Assembly (NCBI GenBank): GCA_017882685.1
Contig: JADGPA010000109.1
Span: 7,865-71,864, forward strand
From: Propionibacteriaceae bacterium
Lineage (GTDB): Bacteria; Actinomycetota; Actinomycetes; Propionibacteriales; Propionibacteriaceae
Length of the DNA stretch: 64,000 nt
Direction of reading: 5' to 3'
Shown here: piece after piece, positions 9,074-19,005 of the stretch
How the letters are laid out: each line of letters begins with the position of its first letter
How positions within the stretch are numbered: position 1 is the stretch's first letter
Made by a program: the position numbers and the translations under genes
Notes under the pieces: model-generated
Told to the model about the DNA's origin: nothing
The model's database searches: none
The model's input: only the letters and a program-made list of their open reading frames with translations

Positions 9074-10654
9074 ATGAGCGCAGCGGCGGGAACACGGTGG
9101 GCGCGGGTTCGCGCCTTCGTGGCTGCGCCGTGGTCGGCCAATCCGCGAACCGGCATCATCATGATCGTCGCCAGCGCCCTGATCACGATCGCTGTCGCCT
9201 TCTGCGGCCCGTCGTCGGTCGCGCTGAAGCTCGGTCCCCGCATCGACTACCTGCCGCCGTGGTACCTGCCGGTCGGAACGATCGAGCTCGGCGAATGGGT
9301 GGCGGTGCCGGCCCTTTGGATCGGGCTGATGCTCGGGGCGATCGGGCTGTGGATCTGCTGGCGTGCGGTGAATGTCGGGTGGCGCCCGAACAACCGGCGG
9401 CTGTTCCTGCTCGGCTCTGGCCTCAGCGTCCTCACCTGCCTCGTTCCGCCGCTGACGTCGGCGGACGTGCTGATGTACGCCGCCTACGGCCGCCTCCAGG
9501 CTCTGGGGCTGAACCCGTACAACATCACCCCGGCCGAGATCTTCCGCTCCGAGTTCGACCAGGTGCTGGTGTGGACCGAGCGTCCCTGGCAGGACACGCC
9601 CAGCGTCTACGGCCCGCTGGCCTCTGCGTCGCAGTGGCTGGCCGCCTGGCTCGGGAACGGCAACATGCACGACACGGTGTTCTGGCTGCAGATGCTCGCA
9701 TTGCTGCCGTTCCTGCTGATCGGCGCCGTGATCGTGCTGCTCGCGCACGACGACCACAAGATCCAGACCCGCGCCGTGCTGTTCACTGTGCTGAACCCGA
9801 TCATGATCTGGTCGGTGCTCGCCGCCGCCCACAACGAGGCGTTCACGCTGGTCTTCGCGATCGTGGGCCTGTGGTTCATGCGCCGCAGCCCGTTCGTCGC
9901 CGGACTGTGCATCGGCCTGGCAGGCACGGTGAAGGTCTCGCTGGTGTTCTACGGCATCGCGATGGCCTGGGGCTATCGGCGCGACTGGCGCAAGCTGCTG
10001 CAACTTTCCCTCGGCGCAGCGGTGCCGCTCGCGATCGCCTACGGGGTGTGGGTGCCTTCCGCCCTGCTCGCGGCCCAGCGGAACACCGGCTACGTTTCTG
10101 CCGGTTCCTGGGCTCCCTGGCTGCAGGTGCCATTGGCCTTTGTTGTCGGCGACTGGGCAACGCGCGGCTTCATCGGCTGGCTGGGCTGGATCATGATGGC
10201 CGCCGTCGCGTGGATGCTGTCCCGGGTTCTGCCGTGGCGGCTCGTCCCCGGCAACCCCGAGGACGACGAGCCGCGGCGCGACCCTCTCACCGTCGCCGTC
10301 CGGACCGCAGCCATCCTCACCGCGTCCTGGCTGGTGACCTCTCCGTACACGCTCAGCTGGTATGACCTGACCACCTGGGTGCCGCTGGGCCTGATGGCGG
10401 CGTCTCGGCTCGACGTGCTGATGATCTGGCGAGGGCTGTGGCTTTCGGTGGCCTACGTCACCGGCCGGTCGGTGGAGTTCAGCCCGACCATGAAGTCCAT
10501 CTCCGGCTTCATCAGGGACGCCCTGTGCTCGGGCGCCCAAGTGCTGGTGCTGGTGTGGATCGTGCACTGGTGGTGGACGTGGGGACGCGAGCTGCCGCCA
10601 CTGCCGCGCTGGCTGCGGCGCCGCATGCCCGTGGCCGTGACCCGAACCGGCTGA
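9074..10654 (+). CDS. Polyprenol-phosphomannose-dependent alpha-1,6-mannosyltransferase (MptA/MptB-like, GT-C)
   Basis: Polytopic membrane protein with SADVLMYAAYGR, NPY, TPSVYGP, AHNE motifs. Confidence 0.8.
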   Translation: MSAAAGTRWARVRAFVAAPWSANPRTGIIMIVASALITIAVAFCGPSSVALKLGPRIDYLPPWYLPVGTIELGEWVAVPALWIGLMLGAIGLWICWRAVNVGWRPNNRRLFLLGSGLSVLTCLVPPLTSADVLMYAAYGRLQALGLNPYNITPAEIFRSEFDQVLVWTERPWQDTPSVYGPLASASQWLAAWLGNGNMHDTVFWLQMLALLPFLLIGAVIVLLAHDDHKIQTRAVLFTVLNPIMIWSVLAAAHNEAFTLVFAIVGLWFMRRSPFVAGLCIGLAGTVKVSLVFYGIAMAWGYRRDWRKLLQLSLGAAVPLAIAYGVWVPSALLAAQRNTGYVSAGSWAPWLQVPLAFVVGDWATRGFIGWLGWIMMAAVAWMLSRVLPWRLVPGNPEDDEPRRDPLTVAVRTAAILTASWLVTSPYTLSWYDLTTWVPLGLMAASRLDVLMIWRGLWLSVAYVTGRSVEFSPTMKSISGFIRDALCSGAQVLVLVWIVHWWWTWGRELPPLPRWLRRRMPVAVTRTG

Positions 10655-10676
10655 GCCGCACCACTACGCTGAGCGC

Positions 10677-11591
10677 GTGCTCGGATACTTCGGACCCGCT
10701 GGGACGTTCACCCACCAGGCGCTGCTGACCTTCTCCGCCGGCGAGGCCATGCCGTTCGGCACGGTAGCAGAGGCGCTGGAAGGGGTGCGGGCCGGGGTGG
10801 TCGAAGCCGCGCTGGTGCCCATCGAGAACTCGGTGGAGGGCGGGGTCTCCGCCACCCTCGACATCCTCGTGAACGGCCGGCGCCTGATGATCGTGCGCGA
10901 GGTACTGCTGCCCGTCCAGTTCAACCTGTACGCACGGCCGGGGACGGCGCTGGCCGACGTCCGCCGCGTCCTGACCCACCCGCATTCCGCTGCGCAGTGC
11001 CGGCACTGGATGATCGACAACCTGCCCGACGCCCACGTGACCGAGGGCGGCTCGAACGCCGCGGCAGCCCAGGAAGTCGCCGACCCGACCTCGAAGTACG
11101 ACGCCGCCATTTGCGGCGAGATCGCTGGCACCACGTACGGCCTTGTGCCGATCGCCACCGAGATCGCCGACAACTCCTCGGCGGTGACGCGGTTCGTGCT
11201 GGTGTCGCTGCCGACCGAGCCGCCGGCGCCGACCGGAGCGGACAAGACCACCCTGGTCGCCTACATGCACGCCGACCACGCCGGCGCCCTGCTGGAGATC
11301 CTCGAACAGTTCTCCAGCCGCGGCGTGAACCTGACCCGCATCGAGTCCCGTCCCACCAAGACGACGCTGGGCAGCTATTGCTTCAGCATCGACGCCGAGG
11401 GCCACCTGCGCGACCCGCGGCTGGCCGAGGCCATGCTGGGCCTGCACCGGATCTGTGCCGACGTGCTCTTCCTCGGCTCGTACCCGCGCGCCGACGGAGT
11501 CAGCCCGGAGATCGCGCGCGGCTTCGCAGACGCCGACTTCGCCGCGGCCCGCGAGTGGTACGCCGGCCTGGTTAACCCTGAAGACGACTGA
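10677..11591 (+). CDS. pheA: Prephenate dehydratase
   Basis: GPAGTF, VPIENSVEG, TRF, ACT domain NLTRIESRP, FLGSYP. Confidence 0.95.
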   Translation: MLGYFGPAGTFTHQALLTFSAGEAMPFGTVAEALEGVRAGVVEAALVPIENSVEGGVSATLDILVNGRRLMIVREVLLPVQFNLYARPGTALADVRRVLTHPHSAAQCRHWMIDNLPDAHVTEGGSNAAAAQEVADPTSKYDAAICGEIAGTTYGLVPIATEIADNSSAVTRFVLVSLPTEPPAPTGADKTTLVAYMHADHAGALLEILEQFSSRGVNLTRIESRPTKTTLGSYCFSIDAEGHLRDPRLAEAMLGLHRICADVLFLGSYPRADGVSPEIARGFADADFAAAREWYAGLVNPEDD

Positions 11592-11606
11592 GTCGGGCGG
11601 AAAAGA

Positions 11607-11670
11607 GGGACGGTTCTCCTTGTCCGCCAACTCCCACGCCGGTGCCGTGGCTGGAAATAGGAACCGTCCC
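11607..11670. repeat. GGGACGGTTC...GAACCGTCCC inverted pair (family C) in a convergent intergenic region
   Basis: GGGACGGTTC 11607-11616 and its reverse complement at 11661-11670; the same 10-mer occurs at 58493-58502. Confidence 0.6.
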
Positions 11671-11689
11671 CATTACCCGCCGGACGGGG

Positions 11690-12277
11690 TCAGTCGGCGG
11701 CGGACCGGGCGATCAGCTCGAGCCGTTCGCGGTAGGCCTGCCACCACTCGGCATCACCCTCTGGCAGGTTGCTGTTGTCGGCGCGCAACCCCACGCTTCC
11801 GTCGATGAGTTCGCGCACCAGGTCTGCGTGGCCGGCATGGCGGTTGGTCTCCGCGATGACGTGCACGAGGATCTGCTGCAGGCTCACCTGCCGGCGGGCC
11901 GGGTGCCACCACGGCACTGCGCCGACCGCGTCCAGCGGGAGTTCGGCGATGGTCGCGTCGGTGTGTGCCCAGGCGCGGCGGTACAGGGCAACGATCGACT
12001 CGATTGACTCAGCCTCGGTGGCGAAGAGGTCGATGTTCGGCACGTCGTCCTCGGCGTCCAGCCAGTCGGGTGGGTCGGCAACCGGCCGTCCGAACACCTC
12101 GCCGAAGTAGCCGAACTCGATTCCGGCAAGGTGTTTCACCAGGCCGATGAGGTTGGCGCCTGTGGGCACGAGCGGGCGGCGGGCGTCATAGGCGGACAGC
12201 CCTTCCAGCTTCCACAGCATCGCGTCGCGGGCAGACTGCAGGTAGCGCAGCAGGAGCTCCTTCAGTTCGGGTGGCAT
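11690..12277 (-). CDS. DinB/DUF664-family protein
   Basis: [43 protein letters not shown]. Confidence 0.85.
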   Translation of the reverse strand: MPPELKELLLRYLQSARDAMLWKLEGLSAYDARRPLVPTGANLIGLVKHLAGIEFGYFGEVFGRPVADPPDWLDAEDDVPNIDLFATEAESIESIVALYRRAWAHTDATIAELPLDAVGAVPWWHPARRQVSLQQILVHVIAETNRHAGHADLVRELIDGSVGLRADNSNLPEGDAEWWQAYRERLELIARSAAD

Positions 12278-12338
12278 TCGACCACTCTGGCAGCTGGCGC
12301 TCCGGAGCGGCAGCCCGGCGTCCGATAGGCTCGGCGCC

Positions 12339-13613
12339 GTGATCGACCCGAAGCTGCTGCGCACCAATCCCGACCTCGTCCGCCGCTCCCAGGAAGCTCG
12401 TGGGGAGTCCGTGGAGCTGGTCGATCAGCTGGTCGGTGCGGACGAGTCGCGCCGCTCGGCGATCGCAGCATTCGAGAACCTGCGTGCAGAGCAGAAGGAG
12501 CTCGGCAAGCAGGTGGCCCGCGCGCAGGGGGAAGAGAAGGCCGCCGTCCTCGCCCGCACCAGGGAGGTCGCCGTCCAGGTCAAGGCTGCCCAGGTCACAG
12601 CGGACGCCGCCGGCGCGACGTTCGACGACCTGATGAAGGCCCTCCCCAACCTCGTGTTCGAGGACGTGCCCCGCGGCGGCGAGGACGACTTGTTCGTGCT
12701 GGAAACCGTCGGGGCCCCCCGTGACTTCGCTGCCGAGGGCTTCACCCCCCGCGACCACCTTGAGATCGGCGAACTGCTTGGCGCGATCGACATGGCGCGC
12801 GGCGCGAAGGTGTCCGGTTCGCGGTTCTACTTCCTCACCGGCATCGGCGCCCGACTGGAGTTCGCCCTGCTCAACCTCGCGATGAGCAAGGCGCTGGGCT
12901 GGGGGTTCACCCCGGTGATCCCGCCCGCCCTGGTGAAGCCGTCCGCGATGGAAGGAACCGGCTTCCTCGGCCAGGCCGCGCAGGACGTCTACCACCTGCC
13001 CGCGGACGACCTGTACCTGGTTGGCACCTCCGAGGTGGCGCTGGCCGCCTACCACTCCGAGGAGATCCTCGACGCCGCGTCCCTGCCCCGGCACTACGTC
13101 GGCTACAGCCCGTGCTTCCGCCGCGAGGCCGGTTCCTACGGCAAGGACACCCGAGGCATCTTCCGGGTGCACTGGTTCGACAAGGTCGAGATGTTCGTCT
13201 GCTGCGATCCGGCCGAGGCCGAAGCAGAGCATCAGTTGCTGCTGGGCTTCGAGAAGGAGTTCATCACCTCGCTGGAAATCCCCTTCCAGGTGCTCGACGT
13301 GGCCGGCGGCGACCTCGGCCTGAGCGCAGCCCGCAAGTACGACTGCTACGGCTGGCTGCCCACCCAGGACCGGTACCGCGAGATCACCTCGACCTCGAAC
13401 TGCACCGAGTTCCAGGCCCGCCGGCTCAACATCCGCATGCGGGACGGCGACGGGGTCCGCTCCGCCGCGACGCTGAACGGCACCCTTTGCGCGATGACGC
13501 GGATGATCATCATGCTGCTGGAGAACCACCAGCAGGCCGACGGCTCGGTCTACGTGCCGGCCGCCCTGCGTCCCTATCTCGACGGCATGGAGTACCTGCG
13601 TCCGCTGTCGTGA
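12339..13613 (+). CDS. serS: Serine--tRNA ligase
   Basis: N-terminal coiled coil, [35 protein letters not shown]. Confidence 0.97.
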   Translation: MIDPKLLRTNPDLVRRSQEARGESVELVDQLVGADESRRSAIAAFENLRAEQKELGKQVARAQGEEKAAVLARTREVAVQVKAAQVTADAAGATFDDLMKALPNLVFEDVPRGGEDDLFVLETVGAPRDFAAEGFTPRDHLEIGELLGAIDMARGAKVSGSRFYFLTGIGARLEFALLNLAMSKALGWGFTPVIPPALVKPSAMEGTGFLGQAAQDVYHLPADDLYLVGTSEVALAAYHSEEILDAASLPRHYVGYSPCFRREAGSYGKDTRGIFRVHWFDKVEMFVCCDPAEAEAEHQLLLGFEKEFITSLEIPFQVLDVAGGDLGLSAARKYDCYGWLPTQDRYREITSTSNCTEFQARRLNIRMRDGDGVRSAATLNGTLCAMTRMIIMLLENHQQADGSVYVPAALRPYLDGMEYLRPLS

Positions 13614-13678
13614 CCGACGCCGACTGGTGGCCACGACTGGTGGCCCTGGACATCGAGCTGCGCCGCTGGTTCGCCTGA
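13610..13678 (+). pseudogene. Collapsed remnant of a Cof-type HAD hydrolase (N-terminus joined to C-terminus)
   Basis: GTG overlapping the serS stop; [15 protein letters not shown]|ELRRWFA*; LVALDI is the start of HAD motif I (LVALDIDGT). Confidence 0.65.
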
Positions 13679-13736
13679 CCGCATCGGTGCCCGCGGGCGG
13701 CTAGCCTGAATCGGTACAACGACCAGGGGGTCCGAA

Positions 13737-15074
13737 GTGGTGCATCCCTATCTGCGGGAGCCGGAGTTCATCAGCCAGCTGAAGGACGGCACGGTCAAGC
13801 AACTCAACCCGTTCAGCGGCACAGAAGTCTGGACGGTGGCCGGGCGCGGCAACCGCCCACTCGGTGTCGTGCTGCCCGACCCGGTCCCGCTGGATCCCGC
13901 CCAGCACGGACGCCACTGCCCGTTCTGCGAGGGCCGGTACCTCGACACCCCGCCGGAGAAGTCGCGGGTGGTCCGCAACCCCGATGGTTCCTGGGAGACC
14001 CGCTACCGCACTTCGGCAGAGGAGCTGGAAGCGACAAGGGCCGAGTTCCGCCGGGTCCCGAACCTCTTCGAGATCCTCTCCTACGACTACTGGCACGACA
14101 ACTACGGCTACGAGCTGCCCGCACGGGTGCGCGACCGGAAGACCGCCTACCTGTCCTCGCCGGCCGGACGGGCGCACGTGCTCGCGGTTGTGCGCACCAA
14201 GCTGAAGGCCGGCGGACGCAGCGACGAGGTGATCGACGCCCTCGGCGAGGAAAGCCAGCTCGAGGCAGCGTCCGGTTTCTTCGGTGGCGGTCACGATGTT
14301 GTGATTGCACGACGGCACTTCATCGACGGCGCCACCGACAACACCCAGCTGGCGGGCTCGGGCACCCTGACCCCGGAGGAGCACCACCGGTTCCTCGCGT
14401 TCACCGTCGAGTCGGTGGGGGCGCTGTTCGACCTGAATCGCTACGCCCGTTATGTCGCGGTGTTCCAGAACTGGCTGCGTCCGGCTGGGGCGTCGTTCGA
14501 CCACCTGCACAAGCAACTGGTGGCCATCGACGAGCGCGGGGTGCAGCACGAGCAGCAGATTGAACGGCTGCGGAGCAACCCGAACATCTACAACGAGTAC
14601 GGCCCCAACTACGCCTCCTACCGCAACCTGGTGCTGGCGGAGAATGAGCACGCCGTCGCGTTCGCGGGCTTCGGCCATCGCTACCCGACGATCGAGATCT
14701 ACTCCAAGTCAGAGGCCTGCGACCCGTGGAACCACACCGAGCACGAGCTGCGCGCGGTCTCCGACCTGGTGCACGCCATGCACGCGGCCACCGGGGTGAA
14801 CGTGCCGTGCAACGAGGAGTGGCACTACCGCCCGATCGATGCCGACCTGCCGATGCCGTGGCGGGTGATGCTGAAGTGGCGCACCTCGACGATCGCCGGG
14901 TTCGAGGGGGCGACGAAGATCTACCTCAATACCATCGACCCCTACGCCCTGCGCGACCGGTTGGTGCCGACCCTGTTCGCGCTGCGGGACGAGCGCAAGA
15001 TCGCCGACATGCAGATCGCCACCGAGTGCCCGTGCCGTCCAAACTCGCTGCTGTACCGCGCCAATCGCAGCTGA
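13737..15074 (+). CDS. DUF4921-like protein with GalT/HIT-type motifs
   Basis: CPFC motif, GASFDHLHKQ (HxHxQ), AGFEG. Confidence 0.75.
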   Translation: MVHPYLREPEFISQLKDGTVKQLNPFSGTEVWTVAGRGNRPLGVVLPDPVPLDPAQHGRHCPFCEGRYLDTPPEKSRVVRNPDGSWETRYRTSAEELEATRAEFRRVPNLFEILSYDYWHDNYGYELPARVRDRKTAYLSSPAGRAHVLAVVRTKLKAGGRSDEVIDALGEESQLEAASGFFGGGHDVVIARRHFIDGATDNTQLAGSGTLTPEEHHRFLAFTVESVGALFDLNRYARYVAVFQNWLRPAGASFDHLHKQLVAIDERGVQHEQQIERLRSNPNIYNEYGPNYASYRNLVLAENEHAVAFAGFGHRYPTIEIYSKSEACDPWNHTEHELRAVSDLVHAMHAATGVNVPCNEEWHYRPIDADLPMPWRVMLKWRTSTIAGFEGATKIYLNTIDPYALRDRLVPTLFALRDERKIADMQIATECPCRPNSLLYRANRS

Positions 15075-15083
15075 GCTAGGACC

Positions 15084-15105
15084 TGTCGGCGCCGCTGGTT
15101 AGGGT
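15084..15105 (+). promoter_or_regulatory. PafBC/RecA-NDp-type promoter of the ABC-2 exporter operon
   Basis: Exact TGTCGG-N10-TAGGGT, 6 nt before in-frame GTG 15112. Confidence 0.6.
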
Positions 15106-15108
15106 GGC

Positions 15109-16032
15109 GTGGTGCCTGTGATCGAAGCCAGCGAGCTCACCAAGACCTACGGCGAGCTGCGCGCTGTCGACGAGATCTCCTTCGCGGTGAGCCCAGGGGA
15201 GTCGTTCGGCCTGCTCGGGCCCAACGGGGCTGGCAAGTCCACAACGATGCGCATGATCGGCGGTACAACGCTACGCACGTCGGGGACGCTGTTGGTGAAC
15301 GGGCTCGACCCGGAGGTGCGCGGGCCGGAGGTGCGGGCCAACCTCGGTGTGGTGCCGCAACAGGACAACCTCGACACCGAGCTGCGGGCCCGCGACAACC
15401 TGATCATGTACGGCCGCTACTTCGGGCTGCCCTACAGCTACCTGCGTCCACGGGCCGACGAGCTGCTGGAGTTCGCCCAGCTCACGGAGAAGGCCGACGA
15501 GAAGGTCGACAACCTGTCCGGCGGCATGAAGCGGCGGCTCACGATCGCGCGCGCCCTTGTGAACGAGCCGCGCATCCTGCTGCTCGACGAACCCACCACT
15601 GGCCTCGACCCGCAGGCCCGCCACATCCTGTGGGACCGGCTGTTCCGGCTCAAGGAGCAGGGCGTGACGCTGATCGTCACCACGCACTTCATGGACGAGG
15701 CGGAGCAGCTCTGCGACCGGCTGATCGTGATGGACCGCGGCCGGATCGTCGCGGAGGGCAGCCCGGCCGACCTGATCCGGCGCTACGCCACCCGCGAGGT
15801 GCTGGAGGTGCGCTTCGGCTCTGATCGCAACGCCGCCCTCGTCGAGCGGTTGCGGGGCTTCGCGGACAGGATCGAACCCCTGCCCGACCGGGTACTGCTC
15901 TACACCGAGGACGGGGAAGGGGCGCTGGAGGCGGTGCGCCGCGAGGGGCTCGAGCCGGTCACCTCGCTGGTTCGCCGTTCCTCCCTGGAGGACGTGTTCC
16001 TCCGGCTGACCGGACGGAGCCTCATTGACTGA
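15109..16032 (+). CDS. ABC-2 exporter ATP-binding protein (NodI/DrrA-like)
   Basis: GPNGAGKST, LSGGMKRR, LLDEPTTGLD, H-loop TTH; start may be GTG 15112. Confidence 0.92.
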   Translation: MVPVIEASELTKTYGELRAVDEISFAVSPGESFGLLGPNGAGKSTTMRMIGGTTLRTSGTLLVNGLDPEVRGPEVRANLGVVPQQDNLDTELRARDNLIMYGRYFGLPYSYLRPRADELLEFAQLTEKADEKVDNLSGGMKRRLTIARALVNEPRILLLDEPTTGLDPQARHILWDRLFRLKEQGVTLIVTTHFMDEAEQLCDRLIVMDRGRIVAEGSPADLIRRYATREVLEVRFGSDRNAALVERLRGFADRIEPLPDRVLLYTEDGEGALEAVRREGLEPVTSLVRRSSLEDVFLRLTGRSLID

Positions 16033-16879
16033 CCTGCTCGACACCAACGCCCTTGCCTACTCCGGCCGGGCGCTCGACGCCGCCACCCAGGCGGCGTCCG
16101 TGCGGCGCTGGGGCTGGTGGTTCCAGGCGGAGTGGAGGTTGCGCTCGATGAAGGCGTACTGGACCTCCATCATTGGCACGGCCCTGCTCACCCCGCTGCT
16201 GTATGTCCTGGCGATGGGCATCGGGCTCGGCTCGCTGGTGGATGCGCACGCCGGCGGCATCGGCGGCGTCGCTTACCTGACCTTCGTGGCTCCCGGCCTA
16301 CTGGTGAGCACTGTGGTGATGTCGGGGACGGCCGAGATGAGCTACCCGGTGATGGCGGGGTTCAAATGGGGGCGTCTCTACTACGCCCGCGCCACCACGG
16401 CGGCGAGCCCGCAGCAGGTCGCGCTCGGTGAGCTGCTTGCCGTCTTCATACGCCTGCTTGCCGAGGCGCTCGTCTTCTACGTGGTGCTGGTGGTCATGGG
16501 GGCGGTGCGTCCCGGGTGGTCGCTGCTGATGGTGCCGGTGGCCGGACTCGCCGGGATGGCCTTCGGTGCTCCGCTGGGCGCCTACGCCGGCACCATCGAG
16601 AACGAGGGGCCGGAGTTCGCCCTGATCCAGCGGTTCGTTGTGATGCCGATGTTCCTGTTCGCCGGAACCTTCTTCCCGCTGGCGTCGATGCCGATCTACC
16701 TGCAGTGGGTCGGCTGGATCTCGCCGATGTGGCACGGCAGCCAGCTGGCAAGGGCCGCCGGCTTCGGGATGCCGCTGTCCGGCGGAGAGGTGCTCATGCA
16801 CCTGAGCTTCCTCGTTGGCGTGACCGCGGTCGGGGTCTGGCTGGCGCTGCGCTCCTTCGTCGCGAGGTTGGGCCGATGA
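16025..16879 (+). CDS. ABC-2 exporter permease
   Basis: Six-TM pattern, YLTFVAPGLL, PMFLFAGTFFP. Confidence 0.88.
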   Translation: MTDLLDTNALAYSGRALDAATQAASVRRWGWWFQAEWRLRSMKAYWTSIIGTALLTPLLYVLAMGIGLGSLVDAHAGGIGGVAYLTFVAPGLLVSTVVMSGTAEMSYPVMAGFKWGRLYYARATTAASPQQVALGELLAVFIRLLAEALVFYVVLVVMGAVRPGWSLLMVPVAGLAGMAFGAPLGAYAGTIENEGPEFALIQRFVVMPMFLFAGTFFPLASMPIYLQWVGWISPMWHGSQLARAAGFGMPLSGGEVLMHLSFLVGVTAVGVWLALRSFVARLGR

Positions 16880-17676
16880 CCGCCCTCGCCGACTGGCTGA
16901 CGGCCAACTCCTCCGGCAACGCCCGTGCCGTGATCGAGCGCGGCTTCCGGGTGATCCGCAACCAGAACTGGCTGATCGTCCTCTCCGGGTTCTTCGAGCC
17001 GGTCTTCTACCTGCTCAGCATGGGACTCGGCCTCGGCGCCCTGATCGGCACCGTGCCCGGCCCGGGCGGGGCGCCGATCTCCTACGCAGCGTTCATCGCG
17101 CCCGCGCTGCTGGCGACGTCTGCGATGAACGGCGCGATCTACGACAGCACGTGGAACGTGTTCTTCAAGCTGCGCTTCGCCAACCTGTACCAAGGCATGC
17201 TCGCGACCCCGCTCGGGCCGCTGGACGTCGCGGCTGGGGAGATCTTCATGGCCCTGTTCCGCGGTTTCCTGTACGCGCTCGCCTTCACAACTGTGATCGC
17301 GGTGATGGGGCTGGCCACGTCGTGGTGGGCGCTCGCCATGATCCCGGTTGCCCTGCTGATCGCCCTGGGCTTCGCCGCCTTCGGCATGGCGATCACAAGC
17401 TACTTCACGACCTTCCAGCAGATGGACTGGATCAACATCGCACTGCTGCCGATGTTCATGTTCTCCTCCACCCTCTTCCCCATCACGGTGTTTCCCGAGG
17501 CTGTGCAGTGGTTCATCATGGCGCTGCCGCTGTGGCACGGCGTCGAGCTCATGCGGCAGCTGTCTGTGGGCCACTTCGAGGCCAGCACGTGGCTGCACCT
17601 GGGCTATTTCCTTGCGATGTCGGCGGCCGGCGTTGGGTTCACGACCAGGCGGCTCCGTTCGCTGTTCCTGCGCTGA
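16876..17676 (+). CDS. ABC-2 exporter permease (NodJ-like)
   Basis: ATGA overlap with previous gene; GFFEPVFYL, YAAFIAPALLA, PMFMFSSTLFP. Confidence 0.88.
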   Translation: MTALADWLTANSSGNARAVIERGFRVIRNQNWLIVLSGFFEPVFYLLSMGLGLGALIGTVPGPGGAPISYAAFIAPALLATSAMNGAIYDSTWNVFFKLRFANLYQGMLATPLGPLDVAAGEIFMALFRGFLYALAFTTVIAVMGLATSWWALAMIPVALLIALGFAAFGMAITSYFTTFQQMDWINIALLPMFMFSSTLFPITVFPEAVQWFIMALPLWHGVELMRQLSVGHFEASTWLHLGYFLAMSAAGVGFTTRRLRSLFLR

Positions 17677-17718
17677 CGATGCAGCTGTGGGGTCCCGGCT
17701 CCCGGGTGACCAGGCTGC

Positions 17719-18981
17719 TCACCGCGGAAGAGGACTCACGCGCACCTCGTGTTGCCGATCAAACCCGGCGCCGGTGATCTCGAAGGTCGCCGTCGCCCCC
17801 ACCGTCGGAACCTCGACCAGGTAGTCGCCCCGGAAGCCGGTCACGCGGACCCGTCCGCCTGCGTCGGTCCGCAGTGGGGTGGGTTGCAGCCACCAGTCAT
17901 TCTTGAGCAACCGATGAAGTGCGTCGTAGGAGGGCTTCGGGCTGCCGTCGGCGCGAACCAGACCGATCGGTGCGCCGAGCCAGGCGTCGGTGTCGGTGAT
18001 GCCCCAGTACGTGATGGCCTCGACGGCCGGGTGCGATACCAGCGACCGGTAGTGGCGGACCAGCTCGTCGGCCTGCCGCGCCTCCCCCTCAGGAGTGCTC
18101 GGCCAGGATTCGACGATGTAGTCGTTGAGGTCGACGATGTCGGGCGGCATCAGATCGCCCGAGACCAGTGAGGTCTCGGTGAAGTGCAACGGAAGGCCGT
18201 ACCGGGCGAACCTGTCCACGATCGCGAGGATCGCCTCCTCACCCCGGTAACCCTGATGCATGTGCGTCTGCAGGCCGATCGCGTCCAGTGCGACGCCCGA
18301 CTCGAGGAGGCCCTCGATCAGGCACTCATACGCGCTGGATTGGTCGAAGTCGTTGATCAGGAGGGTGGCTGACGGGTTGGCCGCACGGGCCTCGTCGAAC
18401 GCGAGTCGGACGGCGGTGAACCGTCCGCGTGCCCGCGCGAAGCGGGTGATCGCGTTGTCCTCCGCCGCGAAGACCGGCATGATCACCACCTCGTTGATGG
18501 CGTCCCACGAGTCGATGAGGCCCCGGAAGTCGCTCACCTCGCGACGGACGCGAGTGCGCAGTCGTGACTCCACTTCCCGCAGTGGCAGATCGAGCAGCCA
18601 GCGGGGCTGCAGGGTGTGCCAGACCAGCGGGTGTCCCTTGAGCTGCACGCCCCGAGCGGCGAACCAGCGGGCGGCGGCGAGCAGTTCTGCGGTGTGCGGC
18701 TCCCCTGGCTCGGGTTCGAATCCACCCCAGTAGAACGGCAGTGTGGCGGTGTTGAACAGCTCGAGCCAGTGCGCGGCGAGATCGGCATCGCCGGCGCTGC
18801 CCCTGCCATTGGCAAGTTCGATGAAGTCGAACCCGATGTTGCCGAAGGCGAACGCGTGGCTCAGCTGGCGCACCTCCACGTCCGTGTCCCCGAGCGGCTG
18901 GCCGGGCTGGTCGGTGACCAGGAGCACGGCGTCACCCAGGCGATGAGCCATCGTGGTGTCCGGCACGGAGCACTGCTGCAT
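17719..18981 (-). CDS. Glycoside hydrolase family 10 (endo-1,4-beta-xylanase-like), no signal peptide
   Basis: KGHPLVWH, WDAINE (acid/base), IGLQTHM, HFTE (nucleophile), YWG; GGGAGG RBS. Confidence 0.85.
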   Translation of the reverse strand: MQQCSVPDTTMAHRLGDAVLLVTDQPGQPLGDTDVEVRQLSHAFAFGNIGFDFIELANGRGSAGDADLAAHWLELFNTATLPFYWGGFEPEPGEPHTAELLAAARWFAARGVQLKGHPLVWHTLQPRWLLDLPLREVESRLRTRVRREVSDFRGLIDSWDAINEVVIMPVFAAEDNAITRFARARGRFTAVRLAFDEARAANPSATLLINDFDQSSAYECLIEGLLESGVALDAIGLQTHMHQGYRGEEAILAIVDRFARYGLPLHFTETSLVSGDLMPPDIVDLNDYIVESWPSTPEGEARQADELVRHYRSLVSHPAVEAITYWGITDTDAWLGAPIGLVRADGSPKPSYDALHRLLKNDWWLQPTPLRTDAGGRVRVTGFRGDYLVEVPTVGATATFEITGAGFDRQHEVRVSPLPR

Positions 18982-19005
18982 CTGAACCTCCCGATCAGTA
19001 CCCTG

